From Protoeuglena noctilucae (lineage: Eukaryota), in the NCBI GenBank assembly GCA_958009085.1, contig OY253672.1, forward strand, positions 1,054,001 through 1,118,000: a DNA stretch of 64,000 bases, given 5' to 3'. Below are positions 9,324 to 21,487 of this stretch, in pieces (the first letter of the stretch is position 1; every line of letters starts with the position of its first letter). The notes beneath the pieces are model-generated. The model was not told where the DNA came from and made no database searches. It was given only the letters and a program-made list of their open reading frames with translations. The translations under genes were made by a program, and so were the position numbers.

Positions 9324-12300
9324 TCACCAGTCGAGGGTCTGCGACCCGCTTTCTGCCCCACCCCCGTGCCCCTGCGAGGCACGGCTGTCCCCGCAGCTAC
9401 TGCCCCCGCCCCTCCCGGCACCCCACTGAACCGCGGCGGTGGCCTCAGGGGACCCCGCATCCACCGCGCCCTCGCTCTCGCACCCACCCCCACCCCGTGG
9501 CGGCGCGCATGGCGGCGCCGCCTGCACCATCTCCACCTCCCGTGGCTCGGCACGGCACCCCGTCCGGCCCCCAGCGCCGCTGGTGCCCCCCACGCTCTGC
9601 GCCGCCTCCGCGCCAGCCTGCCCGCGGATCAGCGCCGTCACTTCCGGGCTCGGCTCCACCGGCGGCATATGCGCCACTTGCCTGCAGAGGTGAGGGAAAC
9701 GCAACCACTCAACTTACACCCCTCGCCTCGCGCCAAAGCACCCCAACAGGCAGTCCCCGACATCTCAGCTTCCCCTCGCATGCACCAGTCCCTGCCAGTC
9801 CCTCAAGCGCGTCCCTCGCCTGTACCGCTCCACTTCCTTCAGGGCGTCTCTCAGCAGAGGTGCCCCACCCACGCCGGCAGGGGCGCTGGGCCCCTCCTGC
9901 GCCCGCGACCACCCCACGGGCGCCTCGCTGAACATCCGCAGCACCGCAGACACGTCGCGGGCGCTGCTGGGCTCGCGGCCCGGTCCCGCTACGGCCGAGG
10001 CGCCACGCGGTGCGTCGTGCACCGACGCGGGCGCCGGCCCCTGCCCCCCGGGGCCCACTAAGGCAGGGCCCGCGAGGGGCGCCGCCACGGCACTGCGGGC
10101 ATGTCCCGCCGTGGACCCCGGGTGCGGCGCGGCGTCCTCCAGGTCGAAGGGCATGGCCGCGTCCTCCCCGTCCACCTCCATCACCGCGCTCTGCCGGGCG
10201 CCCGACCGGGCCCGGAAGTGGGGGCTGGCCGTGGAGGTGGGCGTCCCCGAGGCCTGCAGCGCGCCGCCCGGGGGCCCCTCTCCCATCGAAACAGACGCCT
10301 GGGACGCCTCGCGGGACCGAAGGGAACGCCCCAGGGCCGCGCTTGACGGCCGGCCGAAGGAGGGCATCTGCAGCATGGAGCCCACGTGGGGGGAGGACCC
10401 CGCGCCGGAGAGCAGCTGCGGGGAGTAGGCGTAGCGCGGGGTGCTGCCCGTCGGGGCCATGGACCCGCGGGACCAGCTGGCCGCAATGTCGATGGCCCCA
10501 GGAGGGCGCGGTCCGGACGAGGGGTGGCCGCTCATCCCGGCGGACGAGGGCGACGCGTCCGGGCCGCGGGTGGGCGCCGCGGGGGAGCTCGACATGCGCG
10601 ACGACGCCCCTGCGGTTGCGAAAAAGAGGTGGGGCGACGCGGTGGGTGAGGAGGCCCCAGTGCGGGGGCAGAGTGGTGAGGTGGAAAGGATACAAGTAGT
10701 CATGGCCAGGCGGGTATCAGATTAAAAGCAGTCAGCAATGCGCAGGACAGGGCCAGAGGTCAGAGGGAGGCTCACCCACAGATGCGGGCTCGATGGCTCG
10801 GAAGCCGCCCCCAGGGAGGCCGCCTGTGCCTGGGGCATCGCCGGGGAAGGCTTGCGGGGCCGAGACGGGCGGCGCGGGTGCTGGGAGGCGCTCGGCGGGC
10901 GCGCGGAGTGGCCCGGCGGCGAGGGCCAGCTCGGGGCGGGCGGCGAGGCCCGGGCTGGGGGCGGAGGATGGGAAGAGGCCCGACGGGTCGTTGGCGGCGT
11001 GGGGCGGGGTGTCCTTGGAAATGGCGCCTGGGAGGGCCGGTGCCAGTGGCCTGTCCTCCCCGTCGCCTGCAGGCACGTGCCGGCACGTGGGCGTCGTGAG
11101 ACAAAGCTCCCTTTCGCGCGCTTGAGTATGTGGGCCCAGCAGCCGCGACGCACCTTGCCGGCGGGCCAGCTGGCCGAGGTCGTTCGCGGACAGGCTGCTG
11201 CGCGCGGTGGGCTGCGGCTGGACGGGTGCCGCGGCGGGCGGTGCCGCCCCCGCCTGTGCCACAAAGCCCCTCTGGATCTGCGCCGGCTGGTTGATGGACG
11301 GCGTGGCGGGGCGCGCGGGGCCCGCCGGGGCGGTGGGCGTGGCTCGCGACGGGGCGCTCTCCCCATGCCTGGGCCCCACACCGCCTACGTCGGGGCGGCC
11401 GGCCCCAGCCCCAGCCCCAGCTGCATCCTGCAGTGGGTGGTGCTCCCAGGCGCGCGCTTCCCGAGCGGCGGGCGCAGCGCTTTGCCCCGTAAACGGCCTC
11501 GCCGACGACGAGTGCAGGGACTGCTGCGACTGCTGCGAGGCCGTCATGTGAGCGGAGGCGGGGCGCGACCAGGCCGTGGGCGCCGCGGGCCGTGCACCCG
11601 CCAGCGAGGGCCCGTGGGGGACGCCGCGGTCGTGGGAGCCGTGCGGGTGCGCCGCGACGTGGCCGTGCGGGCCGGAAGAGGACGCGGGCGACGAGGAAGG
11701 GGTCGTGGAGCGCAGGTAGTCACCGTGGCGTGATGCGTGCCCTGCGTGGGGGGGGCTGGGCGCCCGCGGTCGGGCCCCGCAAAGCGCCTCTCGCGCAACC
11801 GTGCCGGGGGCCGCGAGCCGCGAGCCTCACCTGTGGGAGGGAGGGCCAGGCGCATGCCCTGCACGTACTGGAGGCCCACACACACGGCGCCCGACTGCGT
11901 CTCGACGGGTTGGAACTGGAAGGCCACCATGGTCGAGCCCGGACGCTGCTGCGAGGGGGGAGACGAGAAGCCCCGCGCGGGCGTCTGCGACCCGGCCTGG
12001 GGCACTGGAAACACGGCCTGGGCCACGGCGGATGCGTCGGCCTTCTCCAGCACGCGGAAGCACACACGGCAGGAGCCCTGGGCCCGTAACGCCACCTCTT
12101 GGCTGGTCCTGCAGGGAGGGCGGGGTTGTGTCGCGCCGGCGGGGGGAGGCGGGGCATGCCAGGCGGGGGCGGGCGGGCGGCGCTCGCCTGTGCGCTGGGA
12201 GCAGGGGCAGCATGCAGCAGAGGGAGCGCAGCAATATAATCATCCTCTTGTACACGCCCGACTCCTGCCGCGCCGCCTGCTGCCGCGCGCTGAGCGTGGG

Positions 12301-13353
12301 GTCCGACGTGGCCCGCCCCAGGCCCACCGTGCACGTGCCCACATACTGCGTGGGCGTCGGGGCGGGCGCGTCGGGTGCCGCGGGGGCACGTGCGGTGGGA
12401 CGGAGGGCCGAAGCGAGGTCGGACGAGAGCCGGGGCGCGACGCGACGCGGCGGCACCTGCAGAACCCAGCGCTCGAGGACCACCTCGTCAACGACGTCGG
12501 CATGCTCCCCCTGGCGCTGCAGCAAGACCTGGGAGAAGCGGGGAGGCGACGCGTTGGTTTATCCGCAGGCGGACACGGAAAGCCGCGTGCCCTTCGGGTA
12601 GCGCGCGAGGCGCGGCGCGGGCATCCTCGTCACGCGCCCTAGGCAGGGTGGGTCGACGCGCGTCGCCGGGGGCGCTCGCCTCAAAAACAATAGGATTGGC
12701 GACGTCTTGTCTCCAAGCGTCCAGAATCTTGGCCAGGGGCACGGACTCGTCGACGTCCAGGTTGAACTGCGGGGGAGGCAGGGAGCCTGTTCGACACTCG
12801 ACAGGCCCCTCGCGGCCCCGGACACGCCTAGCGGTGGGGCCGCACGCAGCGCATTTCGACCCAAGATGGCTGCCGTGCCGGCGTCCGGGCCGTCGCGCCG
12901 CGCCAGGCGCATTTCGGATGGGGCCGAGGGGGCTCGCGCTTCGGTGCCCCGGGGAGGGGACTCTGCGCGTCCGGACGCCCGCATCTCGTGTGTCCGAAAA
13001 CAACAAGCTCAAATCCATCGATGAGAGTCGCCACGGCCCGTCGCGGGCGCGCGGGGCCTCGCCCGGAAACGAGCCCAGGGTTCGTTCGACTTTCGCCCAA
13101 ATGCCGGGGCAGGAGGGCCCCCCGCCGCGCGACATCTCGCCTGTCGCTCGTATTCGCAACCGCAACCCCGCGCTCGCCGCAATTCTCCGCTGCGGCCTGC
13201 GTGCTCCGCCCTCACCCAAGCTCGGCCCTTCTTGTCCTTCCCGGGCTTGAAGGGCGCGAGGGAGGACGCCGGGATGCGGTCAAGGGCCACCAGTTGCGTC
13301 AGCTTCGAGAAGAACTCGAAGACGATTTGGCCCAGGCGCCCCTCCCCGCTCAT
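9324..13353 (-). CDS. ATG13: Autophagy protein ATG13 (N-terminal HORMA domain plus disordered tail)
   Basis: QIVFEFFSK...AW|FNL, VVLERWVL, VYKRMIILLRSLCCMLPLLPAHR and FQPVETQSGAVCVGLQY match the Atg13 HORMA pattern. The C-terminal half is Ser/Pro-rich. Internal exons in the tail are less certain. Confidence 0.85.
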
Positions 13354-13613
13354 CGCCCGCGCCTGTACCCCAGACGCGCCTTTTCGGCGATTCCTCCGGC
13401 CATCTCGATATTCAACAGGCTCACTGTTTCTAGATGTGCAGGACGGCACGCGCGCGGGGGGGAGTATAAACGCGAGGGGCGCAGGCAGTCCGACGCCGAC
13501 GCTTCACATCCGACGTCAGGGCCACCTGGGCGCTCCTAGCCGCCATAGCCACGCGGCCGCGGCGTAAAGGCGAACGCTATCGCGCCAAGCGGCGTTTCGC
13601 CGCCAGCAAGTCT

Positions 13614-14212
13614 TCACTTGCAGTACTTGTCGTGCTTGACCGCGGACCGCATGTCTAGCCGTTCGCTGGCCGTCTTCCCCGTCACCTTCTTGTCGTAGCC
13701 GTGGAGGATCTCTGGAGCTGGTCGGTACGATGAGCCCCACGGGGTACTCCTCGCCTTCGTCTCCTTGATGCGCTGCAGGAACCGCGCAATGGCTCGGGCC
13801 GTTGGCAAAAGCGCTTCCGTGCAGGCCCGTGGAGCAGGCTCACGTTGCCAGGATCACATAGGATACACCGCAGCGACGCGAGCAAAGCAAAATGGGGCGT
13901 GGCGGCACCTGCGCCTCGAACCCAAAGGCCTCCTCGTACGTCTTGCCCGTCTGCACGTCGACCATGGCCGGGTTCAGGCTCTTGTCAGCTTGACCCGCGA
14001 CATCGTTCCCTTCCTGACCTTCCTGGACAACCTTTACGGCCTGCTTCTTCTTCTTCTGCGTTCAATCGCCACGGAAACTCAGCTCACTCTCTGCTCTCGC
14101 TCGCGTGCCCCACACCGGGCCAACGGGACTGCTGGTCCGCACACACCTTCACAACGCCGTCTTTCGTCACTCGCTCCCCCCCTTTCAGCTTCAGTGCCCC
14201 TCCGATGGGCAT
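13614..14212 (-). CDS. Small basic protein (~123 aa) with FRG1-like termini; exons 14212-14147, 14055-13909, 13772-13614
   Basis: Clean GT-AG splicing gives MPIGGALKLKGG...KKKKK...ERLDMRSAVKHDKYCK*. The C-terminal D(R/K)YCK motif resembles FRG1. Confidence 0.75.
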
Positions 14213-14431
14213 GGTACTCGGCCCGGACGGGCCCTTTGAGCAGCTGCTCGACCCGGTGGCTGTGCGAATGGCCAATTCCGCGACGGGAAGTCGGGATTAT
14301 TTGCTGGGGACCGTTTTCTCGCGCGGGAAGATCCGGACCAGGAGGCAGATGCAAGGAGTCAGGCGCGCGTCAGGGGCCAGAAGCTCGCCCGTGAGGATCT
14401 GAGGCGCGCCAGCTCGTCTGCCAGATGCAGA

Positions 14432-15308
14432 ATGCTCCTGGTACGGTGCGGCATGCTCAGCGCAAAGCTACCGCGCCTGTTTGCGAGCCTCCCCAAGCGG
14501 GCATCGCCCGCCTGCCGCACGATGGCCACGCTGCTGCCCTGGGACCAAGTGCCCGAGGAAGGAGTGAAGTTTGCGCAGTGGTGAGTCGGTAGGATCGATC
14601 ATCTGGGAGGCTATTGCCGGCGTTTGGGTGCTGCGATCGAGCATTCCCCTTTTCACAGGCCCATCGGCAAGGGGGAGATCTTCGCGCACAGCGCTCTGAC
14701 CTTCGCGTTCGTGAACTTGAAGCCCATCGTTCCGGGCCACGTGCTGCTGTCGCCCAAGCGCCCCGCGCCGCGATTCCAGGACCTGACTCCCGAGGCGAGC
14801 CCGGCTCATGCGCAGCGAACCCGGGATCTCACATCGGGCATTGCAGCTGACGGCATGGACTCGGTGGCGAGCGTTTGCGGGCTCTCCGACCGTCCGCAGG
14901 AGACGGCGGACCTGTGGCAGATGGCGCAGCTCGTCGCCCAGCGCATCGAGCCCCACTACGGGTGCTCGAGCGCCACGTTCGCGATGCAGGACGGCCCCGA
15001 GGCGGGCCAGACCGTCGCGCACGTCCATATCCACCTGCTGCCCCGGAAGAACGGCCAGTTCGCCAAGGCACGCGCAGCGAGAGGGGCGGCGCCGGGATGC
15101 AGGCAGCACTCGCCAAGCGAACCGGCACCCGCGTGCGCGGCCGCAGAACGACGAGGTGTACGACAAGATTGAGGAGAACGAGGCGGAGCTGGGCAAACCC
15201 GCGCACGAGCCGCTGACCAAGGGGATGGACGCGGACGAGGAGCGCAAGCCGAGGACGCGCGAGGAGATGAGGCAGGAGGCCGCCGAGCTCCGGAAACTGT
15301 TCTATTGA
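14432..15308 (+). CDS. FHIT: FHIT-family bis(5'-adenosyl)-triphosphatase (HIT protein)
   Basis: [32 protein letters not shown] (histidine triad), NDEVYD and [11 protein letters not shown]. Introns at 14581-14658, 14795-14899 (GC-AG) and 15068-15146 (GC-AG). Confidence 0.95.
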
Positions 15309-15385
15309 ACGCGCTCGGTCCGCGACGCGTGACCAGCGCTCGCGCCGAGTGCACGTCGGCCGTCCCCGCCGCGGGCGGTCGACCG

Positions 15386-17670
15386 TCACCGGTGCTTGGT
15401 GAGCCCGAGGCCCTGGCGCTGCATCTCCAGGCGGATGACGCCCACCTCCTCCTGGACGCGGTCCAGCAGCGTCTTGGGGTCGAAGAGCTTCTTTTGGGCG
15501 GCCTGCGTGTGGCGGAGGGGAGCAACTCGCTCTCCGCAGCGCAGCACTCTGCCCACCTTGTTGGGCGGCAAGGGCCGCGCGCGCGTTGCGTGCGACCCGA
15601 CCGCCCGACACATGCGCAGGCTCGCTGGCGTCCCGAGGGTACGCCTGTGCGCCTGTGCAGCTGACTTCTCTCACCTTCCACCCGCCGAGCTTGCCGTCGA
15701 CGGTCCACGGGGAGACCTTGGGCATTCCGGCCTCGACCTGCTCCTTGAGAATCGCCGGGTTGACGGACCGGAAGCCCCATTTTCCAAACTCCCGCTGCGC
15801 CTCGTCCGAGTAGAGGAACCTGGGCGTGCACGCGGGGCTTTTGCACTTGCTTCGTGTGCTAGAGGTGGGTGACGACAAGTCACCCAGCGCTGGCATGCCC
15901 CGTCTGCCGGCGGCCAGGGGCGCCTATCTCGCGGCGCCCCTGTCGCCGGCATTTTTGGCACGGGGGAGGTCTGGCCCGCCGCTCCCGTGCCCCCACAGCC
16001 GTTTTCGTCGGGTGCGTGCCTCGATTGCGCAGCTCGCTTGCCGCGCCGCACCTGATGAATGCCTCCGCGGCCTCCCTGACCTCGGCCCCCCGGGAGTCGA
16101 CGACGCTGTCGACGAGGGCGATGGGGTTCTCGACCACCACGTTGTTAGCCGGCACAACGTGGGGCAACACCTTGGAAGCCGTCCGCGGCGATCGCCCCAG
16201 CATCCAGTTGGTCACGATCACCTCGTTCTCGTACGTCAGCAGGCAGTCCCCGACCCCCTGCTTGTAGAAGGCATCTGCGAGCAAGCCCACGCGCAGTCAG
16301 GTACGCCCATCGGCCCATCCGGCGTCACCGGGCAGGCACGCGCGGTGCGGGCCTTACCTGAGGCCTCCCGGGTGTCCCTGGGCTGGATGGGCACCTGGAC
16401 GAACACCTGCTTGACAAAGTCCTCCGCCTGCTGGTCGCCCTGCACGGGAGCGGGGGCGGATAGGAGTTAAAAGACTTGCACTTGCTTCCAACGATCGCAG
16501 CGCGGGGTGCCGGGACGCATGCACAGTGTCACCTGAGCCATCTTGTGTCCCCAGAGCGCCAGGAAGTTCCACCGAGCTCCCCCCGCAGTCTTGGGGTTGG
16601 CGCAGACCGTGAACACGTCAGGGCGCGCCAAGTCCCCCCAGTCCTTGACCCCCTTCGGATTGCCCTTCCTCGTCACGATGGCCACGACAGACTGCGGGAG
16701 CGGGGCCGATGCCGGTTGCGGACCGGCGGCCCTGGCAGGGCGGGATGGGTCAGAGGGGCATGCGTGGCTCGCACCATGGAGATGACAGAGCTGTAAGGGA
16801 AGCGCTTCTCCCAACCCTGGCGGATGAGCCCCGCGTCGGCGATCTTCTGAATGTCGATCGGCAGCGCCAAGGCCACGATGTCCGCGGGCAGGCCATCAAT
16901 CACGGCCCGCGACTGGGGACAGAGGGCGGGGGCAGGCGTCGCGTCCCCGCCCGCCTCGGCGGAGGAGCTCCTGCGCAGCAACAAGAACGGTTTCGAGCGG
17001 CGCGGGGAGCACTTACCTGCGTCCCCGAACCCGCGAAGGTGAGCCGCCAGGCCACGGATCGACCCGTCTGCTCCTGGTACATCTTGCTGAACATCTTGGT
17101 GAGCTTCACGTACGCCATCTTCGTGACAGCGAAAGATGCCAGGGTCAGCACGATTGGCTGGTCGGCCTTCCGGCGCTTCTCCTTGTCCGCCTCGCCAATC
17201 AACGCCAACTCGTTCCACCCGCCCCCGCCTCCCCCGCCTCCCCCGCCGCCGCCGCCCACCGAGCCCGGGGGCGGCCATCCTCCCCCCTCCATTCCGAGCC
17301 ATGACGAAGCATCGCCCATGCCTGCGCGTGCGGGCGAAGCTCACAGCAGTCACAGCGACTGGCGGCTTGCTCGGCAGCCCCGTGGCTCTGCGCGGCCGTT
17401 CCGCGTCGCACCGATGGACGGCCCGATGGACATGAACGACGTGAACACTAGACCTCGAGACCAGGCGCCCGAGTTGGACGAATGGGCCGCCTCGTCCCCT
17501 CGTCCAGCCCCCTCTGGCTCCTCCGATGGCCCCGCGCCCCCGACGCACGCCCGTTGGGCGGCGTGGCACACGTGCCTCGCAGCGGACGGCTGCGCATAGC
17601 CATGTCTGCCAGCGGCCCCGCCGCGCTGGCGCGGGGTCGCGCGAGCGGCCTGCAAACCGGCGCTGGCCAT
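15386..17670 (-). CDS. SBP: Chloroplast sulfate-binding protein (Sbp/CysP-like subunit of the plastid sulfate ABC transporter)
   Basis: FAGSGTQ|SRAVIDGLPADIVALAL, SVVAIVTRKGNPKGVKDWGDL, ANPKTAGGARWNFLALWG, GDCLLTYENE and FLYSDEAQREF match bacterial-type Sbp. The first exon looks like a transit peptide; the start is inferred. Confidence 0.92.
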
Positions 17671-17898
17671 CAGAGCATCATCGTTCTACTTGGCGGGTCA
17701 GTGTGGGTGGGTCCAGCGTCTTCATGCGAGCAGCGCCATCTGGCCAGCGTAGCCCGCATGTCCGCTGACAAAAAAACCATCTGACTGGGGATGCCCCGTG
17801 CCATTTGCCAGCCAGGCCCTGGACGATAGTGCGGCGATGGCATCGCCAACACTCAGTTATTGCACAGGGACACCGCCAGGCAAGACTGTCGTGGCAAG

Positions 17899-19396
17899 AT
17901 GGGAGACGAAAGCGTCCCGTTCCCCCTCCTCGCGGACCCCACGTCTTATGACCCGTGCACGCTGGATTACGTGGCGATGGAGGCCCAGGGACTTCCAGGA
18001 AACAGGGAATGGATCGAAGTGTTTCGCAAGGTGACGCGCGCCCCTGGAGCCAGCCCTGCGCCGGGGGAAAAAAGCGTCGTGCCATCAGTCCGTTCCTCCG
18101 CGCCCGCAGAGCATCCCATCGTTTGAGAAGAAGGTTGCGACGGACTCTTCATTATCGCCAGAAGCACGAGCGCAGACGGCTTCGGAATTCGCCTCGCGGT
18201 TCGGCGAGATCCTGGACACCCTGCTGCAGGACCCGAGCAGCCCTGTGCCTGGGCTCGAGGACGGCCCGGGTCCGCTCCGTCTGGACTGCGTCAGGCTCTG
18301 GTGAGACATGTTAAGGGGGCGTAGGCTGCACCATGTAGCGACTGCATCTGCACAGCATCCGCATGCCCATCCGTCTGCAGTCGCATCCGGGAGGACCTGC
18401 TTCGTGGTCTGGGGGTGAAGGACGCCTTTAAGAGCGTCAAAGAACAGGAGAACAAGCTCGCCCTCGCCGTGCTGCCCTCCGTGTTGCGGGAGCTGGACAG
18501 CTTGGACGGGGACAGCGAACGGGGGCTGGTACGGTGCTGCCCCGCCCCTTTGGCTGATTGCACCGAGCTGCCAGGCAGCGGCCAAAGGCGAGGTCTCTGC
18601 CCGTCCACCCTCGCAGGCGCTGTTGCGGGGCGTGTTTGCAGGGAACATCTTTGACCTGGGTGCAGCTGCCACCGCCGAGATGTACGACAGCCATCAGCGT
18701 GACGGGGAGGGGCACGCGTCCGCCTCGGCACGGATGTTCGACGCTGCCCGCACGTCCCTGCTCCCGAGGCCCTGGGTGGTGGATGACGCGGACCAGGTGA
18801 GCCCCGGCAAGGGACCGTGACAGCACTCGGTGCACAGCGCAGCACTCCAACGGCCAACCATGGGGCCGCCGCGTGGGCCTTCGCAGGCTGCCGCGGCGCT
18901 GGTGTCGGGTCGTTACCGGAAGGCGCTGATGTTTGTCGACAACGCGGGGGCGGACTTGGTGCTGGGAATGGTGCCCCTGGCAAGGGAGCTGGTGCGGCGG
19001 GGGGCGTCCGTGGCGCTGTGCTGCAACACCCTCCCGTCCATCAACGACGTGACGGCCGAGGAGGTGGCCGCGCTGCTGCCGGAGCTCGCGCGTGCCGACA
19101 GCGTGATTGACGAGGCTGTGCGGTCGGGGCGGCTGTCAGTGGTGTCCGACGGCTCCGACCTGCCCGTCATCGACCTGCGCCGGGGATCGCGCGCGCTGGC
19201 GGAGGCCGCAACGGGCGCTGACTTGGTCGTCCTGGAGGGCATGGGCCGTGCCATCGAGACCAACTTGCGCGCCGCATTCACGGTCGACAGCCTCAAGGTG
19301 GGGATGATCAAGCACCCCGAGGTGGCCCAGAGCCTCGGGGGTCGACTGTACGACTGCGTGTGCAAGTTCGACTCTGTCACCGCGACGCGAGACTGA
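17899..19396 (+). CDS. DUF89/ARMT1-like damage-control phosphatase (PanK C-terminal-like subfamily)
   Basis: PFPLLADP, DAFKSVKEQEN, RGVFAGNIFDLG, RPWVVDD, FVDNAGADLVLG, NTLPSINDVT and LVVLEGMGRAIETN. Confidence 0.93.
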
Positions 19397-19408
19397 CGGC
19401 GGATGCTA

Positions 19409-20947
19409 CTAGCACGGCTGCGGCGACGGCAGCGCTAGGGGGGACGCAGGGGGCGCTTGCTGACTCCGCGCCGCCGCTGCCTTTGCGGCTGTCCACTTGA
19501 GGAGGTCGCGCCACAGCAGCTCCCTCTCGAGCCACTGGCACATCGTGGACCGCCGGGCGCCCACTTTCTGGAACCCCCCTGCGGCAGGCCAGGCGAGTCG
19601 TTGAAAAGCGAGACCGGCGAAATCGACCCGGGTGTGGGGCGCTGCAGTTGCGCGTCTCACCTGACGCAGGCGCGCAGAGGCGGCTGTAGAGGTACCGAGG
19701 TGACAGGCACCCGAGCGCCATCCACCTCCCCAGCTCGCCCTGCAGCTTCCCGAGGGCCGACGTGGGCAGCATGGCGCCTGCGTGCACCATCTTCGCCAAC
19801 TCCTCGACCCGACAAAGGGCCTGCGCCTCGCCATGCACCTCGGGTGACGGCCCATCCCAAGCATGGACACGCGTGGCTTCGGCCGATGCCGCCCTCTGCT
19901 CCGGACACAGCTCGTCGAGCGAGGGTACTGGGCCCTGCGCAGGAGCGGAGCAATGCGGTGACAACTGCGTCGCCGTGCCTTGCTACGGTCTCCACTTGGC
20001 GATTGTGGGGACTAGCCGTGGGGGCAAGCGGCGCTCACCATGTCGATGCCTGGGGGCGGGCCCGGGAGCGAGGCTGGTGTCTCTTCGGGGGCCCTCACGC
20101 GCACCCCCGCGACGCTTTCGCGGAAGGACGCGAGGTTAGCGGGCACGCTGGCGGCTTGAAATGGCACATCGTCTGGGTGGAAGAGCGTCCCGTGGCCCAC
20201 CGACTCAAGGCGAGCCCCCGCACGACGCACGGCAGCAGCGAGGGAGCGCTCCGTCCCCGGCTCCGTCGCCGGGTCCGTCGGCCCGCAGACCACACGCCGC
20301 GCTCGCGCCGCCGCCACGAGGCCGGCGAGGACCTCCTCAGCCTTCCCGACACGCACGGCCAGCACGGACCCCACCTGCCCCAGGCGGGCGCGCAGGTCAG
20401 CCACGGCGGCGCGCAAGAGCGACGCACGTGCGCGGGAGGCCCGCAGGCCCGGCTGGGCCGCGGTGCCGAACTCGGCGGCGTCAAACACGAAGACAGGGAG
20501 CAGCGCCGACGCCCCTCGTGCCGCGGCCAGCAAGGCCGCGTTATCGTGCGTCCGGAGGTCGGTCCCTCGAAGCCACAGGACCGTGACCACGCCCGTGGAT
20601 GAGCTCACGCTGGCATCGGGAGAAGCACGGCTGTTATCGGGACCGGGGCAGGGCCGTGTGCGCCGGGCGGGGCCTGGTGTCTGTTGTGCATCGTTAGCGC
20701 AGTTGTCGTGAACGGATTCGAGCTGAGAAACGGAAGAATATTGCGACCTGCGGCGGCATCGCGCGACCATATGATGCCGAAGGAGGAAATGGCGCGCCGG
20801 CCATCGAAAGACACATCTATCCACTCGCCTGCGCAGTCGCTGTGTCGGCGCGCCACTCCGCGGGCCTGCAGCAAGCTTGTTAACACGAGTGGCACTGCTT
20901 CCGTCCTCGGTGAGGGGATTCTTGCTGATCAAAAACGCGCTAGACAT
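19409..20947 (-). CDS. PHR2: Photolyase/cryptochrome-family protein with truncated FAD domain (PHR2-like)
   Basis: VLWLRGTDLRTHDNAAL, LLPVFVFD, RASLLRAAVADLR, TLFHPDDVPF, WMALGCLSPR and ELLWRD, followed shortly by a stop as in plant PHR2. The start is inferred. Confidence 0.8.
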
Positions 20948-21487
20948 TTTTATCGGCCTGCTTGCCTCCCCGGGGCCTGCCCGACACAGGGGCTGCCACG
21001 GGAGGACCACAAGTATAGCGTGAGAGGCAGAGATCACAAGTATGTGGCGAGGAAAACCGCCTGACGATGAGAAACCCTCTGTGGTCTGGCGTGAGAACAT
21101 GGTTGACTTGCGACCCTGCAGGTCGCGCGCGCTCCAGCATCCACCCCTCGCCCCAGACCACATGAGACGGCGGGCTGGACACACGGCTCATCGACGCATG
21201 GATCCATCCACCAGTCTAAGGTGTCCACAAGGTGGATTGAAGCTCTGCGAATAGCTCTGCAGCCGACTGCTGCTCCATGTCTATCGGCTGAGCCTTGCTA
21301 GCGCAGAGGGGCGGCCCGAGCGGGTGGCTGAAGACACAGCCATTTGGGAGCATTTGGGACGCCCTGGATGGCCCCAGGGCCGTGGGGTCAGCGGCCCGCG
21401 GCCATGGATCGGACCCATGCCCGGTAAGCTCGGCATCATGCAGGGGAGCTGGGCCAAAGAGCCCACGGCAGCCTCTTTTCAGCGACA

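Noticed and set aside
15386..17670. Bacterial-like sulfate-binding protein as recent horizontal transfer or contamination
   Set aside because: It has spliceosomal introns, a transit-peptide-like exon and host-like composition. Nucleus-encoded plastid Sbp is already known in green algae.
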